Shown one piece after another: positions 26,134 to 32,000 of a stretch of 32,000 nucleotides of DNA (position 1 is the first letter of the stretch; every line of letters begins with the position of its first letter). Origin of the DNA: Faecalibaculum rodentium (GTDB lineage: Bacteria; Bacillota_I; Bacilli_A; Erysipelotrichales; Erysipelotrichaceae); the NCBI RefSeq assembly GCF_001564455.1, contig NZ_CP011391.1, positions 870,001-902,000 on the forward strand. Direction: 5' to 3'. The notes under the pieces were generated by a model. The model did not search any database and was not told the origin of the DNA. It worked only from the letters and a program-made list of their open reading frames with translations. Position numbers and translations under genes: made by a program.

Positions 26134-26772
26134 ATGCCATTTGACTACAAAAAAGAATACAGAGAATACTACCTGCCCAAAAAGAAGCCTTCCATTGTCA
26201 CCATTCCGCCCATGTATTTTGCGTCAGTCTGCGGTCAGGGAGATCCAAATGAGGAAAACGGGGTATACAAGGAAGCCATCGGCAAGCTGTATGCCGTCGC
26301 CTACACCATCAAGATGAGCAAAAAAGGAACCCATCACATGGAAGGATATTTTGACTATATTGTCCCGCCTCTGGAGGGGTTCTGGTGGCAGGAGGGCATC
26401 GGCGAAATCGACTTTTCCGACAAGGCAGGATTTCGCTGGATTTCCGTGATCCGGCTGCCGGATTTTGTGACCGAAGAAGAGTTTGGATGGGCCCTGAATG
26501 AGGCTGCATCGAAAAAGCAGCTGGATCTTTCCGATGTCCGGATTCTGAGAATTGACGAAGGTCTCTGCGTCCAGTGTCTGCACACGGGACCCTATGACCT
26601 GGAGCCGGAAACCATCCGGGAGATGGATGCCTTTGCCCGCGGGATGGGATATGAACCGGATTTCGAAAACGGCCGTCATCACCATGAGATCTACCTGAGC
26701 GATCCCAGGAGAACGGGACCCGAAAAGCTGAAAACTGTCATCCGGCACCCGATACGGCAGAAACGGGACTGA
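26134..26772 (+). CDS. GyrI-like small-molecule-binding domain protein
   Basis: ATG 26134 gives 212 aa starting MPFDYKKEYREYYLPKKKPSIVTIPPMYFASVCGQGDPN, a pattern I recognise from GyrI-like/SOUL-type effector-binding proteins. Not verified by search. Confidence 0.75.
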   Translation: MPFDYKKEYREYYLPKKKPSIVTIPPMYFASVCGQGDPNEENGVYKEAIGKLYAVAYTIKMSKKGTHHMEGYFDYIVPPLEGFWWQEGIGEIDFSDKAGFRWISVIRLPDFVTEEEFGWALNEAASKKQLDLSDVRILRIDEGLCVQCLHTGPYDLEPETIREMDAFARGMGYEPDFENGRHHHEIYLSDPRRTGPEKLKTVIRHPIRQKRD

Positions 26773-26775
26773 CAT

Positions 26776-26840
26776 GAAAAAGCAGCCGCTGCTGCAGAAG
26801 AGGGAAATACTCCCCTGATTCTGCAGTCCGGCTGCTTTCT
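26776..26840. terminator. Bidirectional terminator between convergent GyrI-like and flavodiiron genes
   Basis: AAAGCAGCCG (26779-26788) pairs with CGGCTGCTTT (26829-26838) around a structured loop. TTTCT follows on the + strand and TTTTT on the - strand. Confidence 0.65.
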
Positions 26841-26904
26841 GCTGTTCTGTTTCTCTGAAGGGATTCGCTCCCGGCAACCAGGAATCGGGGATCTGTATAT
26901 ACAG

Positions 26905-28137
26905 TCAGTTACCGTTGAGCTGTCTTCCGGTTGTCTCTGCAGTGGATCCGGCTGCGGCCATGGCAAACTGACGGCCGAAAGCCTCACAGTCAGCCACTGT
27001 ATCCCGGTCGGGGTTCCACAAAATGCCCAGCGGATCGGATACCATCTCAAAACCGGATTTCTGCAGATGGTCGTGAATCTGTTTTGGTCCTTCGCCGCTC
27101 CAGCCGTAGCTGCCGAATGCTGCGGCTTTTTTCTTCTTGAACCGGAGTCCGCGGATCATTTCCAGCAGCCCGGCAATCGCATGGGAAATCCCATAGTTGA
27201 TTGTTGGCGAACCCACAAGAACCGCTTTCGAGCTGAAAATCTCCGTCAGAATGTCGTTTTTGTCATCCTTCGCAGCGTTCATCAGCTTCACCTTCACATC
27301 CGGATCGGCAGACTCGATGCCCCTGGCGATGGCTTGGGCCATCTGGCGGGTGGAATTCCACATCGTATCATAGACGATGGTGATCTGGTTTTCCTGGTAC
27401 GCATCTGCCCACTCCAGATACTGCTGCACAATGCCTGCAGGATTCTGGTCCCAGATGATGCCATGACTCGGGCAGATCATGTTCAAGGGAAGGTTCATTT
27501 CCAGGATTTCACGAATCTTGCGGGTGACCTGCGGGCTGTACAGCGTCAGGATGTTTGCATAGTACTTCTTTGCTTCCCGCATCACTTCATCCATATCCGC
27601 AGTGGATTCCAGCAGAGACTCCGTGGCGTAATGCTGTCCGAATCCATCGTTGGAAAACAGAATGTTGTCCCCGGACATGTAGGTAAACATCGTATCCGGC
27701 CAGTGCAGCATGGGGGCTTCCACAAAGGTCAGCCTGCAGCTGTCCAGATCGAGGGTATCCCCGGTTTTCACCGTGACGTAATTCCAGTCCTGGTGGTAAA
27801 GCCCCCGCAGGATCTGTTCCCCTTTCTTTGTACAGTAAATGGGAACATCCGGGATTTCCCGCATCAGCTCCGGAAGGGCGCCGCTGTGATCGTTTTCGTT
27901 GTGGTTCATCACAATGGCATCGATGTCCTTCAAGTCGATTTCTTCCTTCAGCCTCGTAACAAATTCTTTGTCATACGGCCCCCAGACTGTGTCGATCAGG
28001 ACATTTTTTCCATCCCGGACCAGCCAGGCGTTGTAGCTGGATCCTTTGTGTGTGGAGTATTCATCGCCATGGAACGATTTGAGTTCCCAGTCTGTTTTCC
28101 CCACCCATGTGACTTTGTCTGTGATTTTCTTTCCCAT
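26905..28137 (-). CDS. FprA-family flavodiiron protein (O2/NO reductase)
   Basis: Metallo-beta-lactamase-like domain with the di-iron motif HNENDHSG, and a C-terminal flavodoxin-like domain (AAAFGSYGWSGE). The ORF opens at 28152, but ATG 28137 (MGKKITDKV) lies 8 nt after GGAGG. Confidence 0.9.
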   Translation of the reverse strand: MGKKITDKVTWVGKTDWELKSFHGDEYSTHKGSSYNAWLVRDGKNVLIDTVWGPYDKEFVTRLKEEIDLKDIDAIVMNHNENDHSGALPELMREIPDVPIYCTKKGEQILRGLYHQDWNYVTVKTGDTLDLDSCRLTFVEAPMLHWPDTMFTYMSGDNILFSNDGFGQHYATESLLESTADMDEVMREAKKYYANILTLYSPQVTRKIREILEMNLPLNMICPSHGIIWDQNPAGIVQQYLEWADAYQENQITIVYDTMWNSTRQMAQAIARGIESADPDVKVKLMNAAKDDKNDILTEIFSSKAVLVGSPTINYGISHAIAGLLEMIRGLRFKKKKAAAFGSYGWSGEGPKQIHDHLQKSGFEMVSDPLGILWNPDRDTVADCEAFGRQFAMAAAGSTAETTGRQLNGN

Positions 28138-28244
28138 ATTCGAGACCTCCATGTTTCAGAATCACTCTACGGAAGGGATGCAGCAGCTTCCATCCAGATG
28201 ACCTCCCAAATCCTGTGTACCGCAACTGGCTCCTTCACCGATTC

Positions 28245-28273
28245 TGTACAAATCCCGGGCCAAACTGTACAAT
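28245..28273 (+). promoter_or_regulatory. Candidate promoter for pyrH
   Basis: TGTACA (28245-28250), 17-nt spacer, TACAAT (28268-28273). It lies 30 nt upstream of the pyrH ATG. Confidence 0.3.
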
Positions 28274-28302
28274 CAATATGATCATCAAAGGAGCAGATAT
28301 CA

Positions 28303-29025
28303 ATGTATAAACGGGTATTACTGAAGCTGAGCGGCGAAGCGTTGGCCGGTGACGGACAGGCACTGGACGCAAAGACTCTCAGGCGTCTGGCAAAGGAACT
28401 GAAGAGGATCCAGGAGTCCGGTGTTGAACTGGCCATCGTTGTCGGCGGCGGCAACTTCATCCGCGGAAAAATGATGGCGGAAATGGGCATGAACCGGGCA
28501 CAGGCCGATTACATGGGCATGCTGGGAACAGTCATCAATGCGCTGGCTGTGCAGAATGCCCTGGAGCAGGAAGGCGTGGATACACGTGTCCAGACAGCCG
28601 TGGAAATGCAGAAAGTGGCAGAACCCTATATTCTGCGTCGGGCCCTGCGTCACCTGGAAAAGGGCCGCATCGTGATTTTCGGTGCCGGCACCGGTTCTCC
28701 GTATTTCTCCACGGATACGACAGCCGCTCTTCGGGCATCCGAAATCGGCGCAGATGTCATTCTCATGGCGAAAAACGGAGTGGATGGTGTCTATGATTCG
28801 GATCCGAAGAAGAATCCGGATGCAAAGAAATTCCAGGAGCTTTCCTATATGGATGTCCTGAACAAGGGACTGCAGGTCATGGATTCCACGGCGATTTCCA
28901 TGTGCATGGACAATGATATCGACCTGGTTGTCTTTAACATGAACGAGGAAGGCAACATTGAAAAAGCAGTGAAGGGAGAAGCCGACGGCACTGTGATCAG
29001 CAAGTCGGCACAGGTAACAGCATGA
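28303..29025 (+). CDS. pyrH: UMP kinase
   Basis: 240 aa. [13 protein letters not shown] start and [19 protein letters not shown]. Confidence 0.95.
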   Translation: MYKRVLLKLSGEALAGDGQALDAKTLRRLAKELKRIQESGVELAIVVGGGNFIRGKMMAEMGMNRAQADYMGMLGTVINALAVQNALEQEGVDTRVQTAVEMQKVAEPYILRRALRHLEKGRIVIFGAGTGSPYFSTDTTAALRASEIGADVILMAKNGVDGVYDSDPKKNPDAKKFQELSYMDVLNKGLQVMDSTAISMCMDNDIDLVVFNMNEEGNIEKAVKGEADGTVISKSAQVTA

Positions 29026-29567
29026 GTGAATATCTTGAACGCGCAGAAGAAAAAATGATGACAGTCATCGAAAACCTGGAAGGAAACTTTGCCACGATCC
29101 GCACAGGACGTGCCAACGCAAAGATCCTGGACCGGGTGCGGGTGGATTATTACGGCGAACCGATGCCCATCAACCAGATTGCACGGATTTCCGTCGTGGA
29201 AGGCACACAGCTGGTGATCAAGCCCTATGACCGTACACAGGTCAAGCCGATCACTCACGCCATTTCTGCCGCAAACCTGGGTCTGACACCGCAGGCGGAA
29301 GCGGATGCCATCCGCATTCTCGTACCGCAGCTGACGGAAGACCGCCGCAAGCAGCTGGCCAAAGAAGCCCAGAAATACGGGGAAGAAGCCAAGGTGGCTG
29401 TGCGGAATGTCCGCAGAGACTGCAATGACTGGATCAAGAAGGACAAGGAGCTGCCGGAAGACGAGGCAAAGGCTCTCACAGCAGAAACCCAGAAACTGAC
29501 AGACCGGTACATCAAGGACATTGATGGTCTCGTAAAAGCCAAAAAAGACGAGATCCTGGCAGTCTGA
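29022..29567 (+). CDS. frr: Ribosome recycling factor
   Basis: 181 aa. [19 protein letters not shown] and [17 protein letters not shown] overlap with pyrH. Confidence 0.95.
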   Translation: MSEYLERAEEKMMTVIENLEGNFATIRTGRANAKILDRVRVDYYGEPMPINQIARISVVEGTQLVIKPYDRTQVKPITHAISAANLGLTPQAEADAIRILVPQLTEDRRKQLAKEAQKYGEEAKVAVRNVRRDCNDWIKKDKELPEDEAKALTAETQKLTDRYIKDIDGLVKAKKDEILAV

Positions 29568-29665
29568 GTCCAGGCCTTGTCCCGCTTTTCAGGGTACGGA
29601 AAGCCCGGCCCGGTTTTCTCCGGTGCCAATCCGGACTGTTTCCGGGTACAATAAAATACGTGAAC

Positions 29666-29690
29666 AGCCCGGCTGCCGCCGGGCTTTTTC
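29666..29690 (+). terminator. Rho-independent terminator after frr
   Basis: AGCCCGGC-tgcc-GCCGGGCT hairpin followed by TTTTT. Confidence 0.75.
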
Positions 29691-29815
29691 AAAAGTCCTG
29701 CCATGGCCATTTGCGGAATGCATGCCATGACCTGACTGCACCCGGGCTGAGTGACGCTGTGTCAGTGACGGGGCAGATGCCGGCAGGACAGACAATGCAG
29801 GAAAGGACTGACAGC

Positions 29816-30553
29816 ATGTCGGAGCAGAAACAATCGCAGACAACCGGTCTGCCTGCCGGGATCCAGGTTCCGGATACCATGGCCATCATTATGGATGGAA
29901 ACGGCCGCTGGGCGAAAAAACGGGGTCTTCCAAGGACCGCCGGTCACAAAAAAGGAGCGGATACGATTCATACAATCGGCCTGGAAGCCAACCGGCTGGG
30001 GGTGAAAAAACTTATTCTATACGCCTTTTCCACCGAGAACTGGAAACGCCCGGAAGACGAAGTGGGATATCTGTGCAAACTCCCGGGGCTGTTTTTCGAC
30101 CGGTACATCCGGGATCTGATGAACAACAACATCCGCGTCACGTTTGCAGGAGAACTCGGACGTTTTCCGGACTCCACGCAGAAAGTGATTCGCCGCGCGG
30201 TGGAGCAGACCGAAGACAATACCGGTCTGGAGCTGTGCATCGCGATCAATTACGGTGCCCGCCGGGAACTGCTGCTGGCGGCGCAGAAGTATGCCGAAGA
30301 TGTCAGGAATGGCCGGGAAAACAACGTGACGGAAGAGGAGTTTTCGAAGTACCTTTTTGTCCCCGAGGAGGTGGATCTGCTGATCCGGACCAGCGGAGAA
30401 GAACGGATTTCCAACTTCCTGCTCTGGCAGCTGGCCTACAGTGAGCTGATTTTCACACCGACTGCCTGGCCGGATTTTGATGAGTCGTCTTTGCGCGAGT
30501 GCATCACAGAATACAATCACCGTGAGCGGCGGTTCGGAGGCGTCAAGGCATGA
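29816..30553 (+). CDS. uppS: Undecaprenyl diphosphate synthase
   Basis: The ORF is open from 29660 across the terminator. ATG 29816 (after GAAAGGA) gives 245 aa with [11 protein letters not shown], and with [15 protein letters not shown]. Confidence 0.9.
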   Translation: MSEQKQSQTTGLPAGIQVPDTMAIIMDGNGRWAKKRGLPRTAGHKKGADTIHTIGLEANRLGVKKLILYAFSTENWKRPEDEVGYLCKLPGLFFDRYIRDLMNNNIRVTFAGELGRFPDSTQKVIRRAVEQTEDNTGLELCIAINYGARRELLLAAQKYAEDVRNGRENNVTEEEFSKYLFVPEEVDLLIRTSGEERISNFLLWQLAYSELIFTPTAWPDFDESSLRECITEYNHRERRFGGVKA

Positions 30554-31317
30554 AGACCCGTGTGATCACCGCCATCTGCATCATTGCGGCCGTTGCCATC
30601 CCTGTGGCACTTGGCGGAGTATGGCTGAACCTCCTGGCTGTGTTCATCCTCGTGAGCGGTCTCTGGGAATGGTGCCGCAACCTGGAGGGATTCGGCACCT
30701 GGGGAAAAGCCGTGCTGCCGGTCCTGATCGGCCTCACCTTTCTGTCCCGGTGGATGATGCCCGTGACCGGCTATGCCTGGCTGGCCATCTGCGGACTGAT
30801 CCTCTGGTCGGTTCCTGTATTCTGCGAATCATTCACCGTGCAGGATTCCTGGAGCGTCATCTCCGGATTCCTGTTCATGACTCTGGTGTGGCTGGCCATT
30901 TCCGTGCTCGCAAAGGAACCCCGGTATCTCTGGACTCTGTGTTTTGCCACCTATGGATCGGATACCGGCGCCTATTTTGTGGGGTCGAAACTGGGGAAAC
31001 ACAAAATGAACCCCAGGGTCTCCCCGAAGAAAAGCTGGGAAGGCTTTTTCGGGGGCATCCTCTCGGGAATCGTCCTGTCCCTGGTCCTGTCGCTGTTCTA
31101 CAGCCACGGACTGAATCCGGTGCTGAACACACTTCTGTGCGTTCTCTGTCCTGTGGTGGCAGAACTGGGGGATCTTTGTTTCTCGGCGTTCAAACGGGTG
31201 TATTCTGTCAAAGATTTCAGCAATCTGCTTCCCGGGCACGGAGGGATTCTGGACCGGGTGGATTCGCTGCTGTATAATATCATCCTGTTCGGGATCCTGT
31301 TCCAGCTGCTCTATTAA
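30550..31317 (+). CDS. cdsA: Phosphatidate cytidylyltransferase
   Basis: 255 aa, multi-TM. CDS signature [32 protein letters not shown] overlap with uppS. Confidence 0.9.
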   Translation: MKTRVITAICIIAAVAIPVALGGVWLNLLAVFILVSGLWEWCRNLEGFGTWGKAVLPVLIGLTFLSRWMMPVTGYAWLAICGLILWSVPVFCESFTVQDSWSVISGFLFMTLVWLAISVLAKEPRYLWTLCFATYGSDTGAYFVGSKLGKHKMNPRVSPKKSWEGFFGGILSGIVLSLVLSLFYSHGLNPVLNTLLCVLCPVVAELGDLCFSAFKRVYSVKDFSNLLPGHGGILDRVDSLLYNIILFGILFQLLY

Positions 31318-31351
31318 TGCAGACAGGACAGGATACAGACTGAAGGCACCG

Positions 31352-31386
31352 TTCGGTATCCGGATATCGGATACCGGACTTTTTTC
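31352..31386 (+). terminator. Rho-independent terminator after cdsA
   Basis: TTCGGTATCCG / CGGATACCGGA stem with one mismatch, followed by T6. Confidence 0.7.
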
Positions 31387-31497
31387 AAACTGCAGACTGC
31401 AGAAAACGGACCGGGCTTCACCTGCCGCAGGGCACAGGAACCGGATGCTGACAGCCGCAGGCAGCCAGATAAGCTCCTGCGGGAAAGGGGAATGGAA

Positions 31498-32000
31498 ATG
31501 AACATAGTCATAGGGCTGATCGCCTTTGTTTTCATGCTGGGGGTCATTGTGCTGATCCACGAATTCGGACATTACATTGCCGCAAAAAAGTTCGGAGTCT
31601 ATGTCCGGGAGTTTTCCCTGGGCATGGGGCCGGCATTGTGGCAGAAGCAGGGAAAGGAAACGGTTTTTTCCATCCGGGCCATACCCTTTGGCGGCTACTG
31701 TATGATGGCAGGGGAAGCTGACAACGTGGAAGATGAGGAAGACCAGGAAGACTGGCAGCATGACGTGCCGGAAGACCGGTGGCTGAATCACAAAAAAACC
31801 TGGCAGCAGATCGTGGTCATGGCCGCCGGTGTCTGCATGAATTTTCTGCTCGCAGCCATTCTCTATATTGCGATCGCCCTGTGCCAGGGTTATGTGGTGG
31901 TAAGCGAGCCGGTCATCAGCGAAGTCATTGCCGACACACCCGCTGAAACTGCCGGACTCCAGCCTGGAGACAGGATCACAAAACTGGAAGCGGACGGGGA
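31498..32000 (+). CDS. rseP: RIP zinc metalloprotease RseP/M50 family (5' part; runs off window)
   Basis: Not in the ORF track because there is no stop in the window. My own translation from ATG 31498 gives MNIVIGLIAFVFMLGVIVLIHEFGHYIAAKKFG (HExxH in TM1), and later a PDZ-like AGLQPGDRI. An alternative ATG lies at 31492. Confidence 0.85.
   Translation, partial: MNIVIGLIAFVFMLGVIVLIHEFGHYIAAKKFGVYVREFSLGMGPALWQKQGKETVFSIRAIPFGGYCMMAGEADNVEDEEDQEDWQHDVPEDRWLNHKKTWQQIVVMAAGVCMNFLLAAILYIAIALCQGYVVVSEPVISEVIADTPAETAGLQPGDRITKLEADG

Noticed and set aside
1-32000. Scan for CRISPR arrays, rRNA genes, prophage, integrase or defence-system genes, toxin-antitoxin pairs, and large tandem or dispersed repeats.
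   Set aside because: None were seen. The only mobile DNA is the ISL3-family element, and the only RNA gene is tRNA-Pro.

Overview
This window is mostly core chromosome from a moderately GC-rich (by eye about 55-58%, not computed) Bacillota/Firmicutes-type genome; the species cannot be determined from the sequence alone. The left third holds the conserved block rimM-trmD-rplS-lepB-rbgA-rnhB-dprA-topA-trmFO, then a stand-alone tRNA-Pro(CGG) with its own promoter and terminator, then rpsB-tsf. The right end holds pyrH-frr-uppS-cdsA and the 5' part of rseP. About 17.4 kb sits between tsf and pyrH, which are normally adjacent. It contains a 0.53-kb gap with no credible ORF, a Cof-type HAD phosphatase, a secreted NlpC/P60 peptidase, and a roughly 2.6-kb two-gene ISL3-family insertion sequence that is visibly more AT-rich. 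These are followed by a DeoR-family regulator, an Arg-specific (CGU) T-box leader driving a contiguous argG-argH-argC-argJ-argB-argD-argF operon, a small HMA / ABM-monooxygenase / GyrI-like trio, and a convergent flavodiiron protein. I found no rRNA, CRISPR array, prophage or recognisable defence system, and no convincing novel multi-gene system. The items most worth a second look are the tRNA-Arg-sensing control of the whole arginine pathway, including an Arg-rich uORF and repeated hairpin modules inside the operon. Next are the unexplained 0.53-kb non-coding gap after tsf and the IS with a translationally coupled Cys-rich accessory ORF. There are also several small candidate operator motifs. 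All coordinates and motifs were read by eye; no database search or folding computation was possible.
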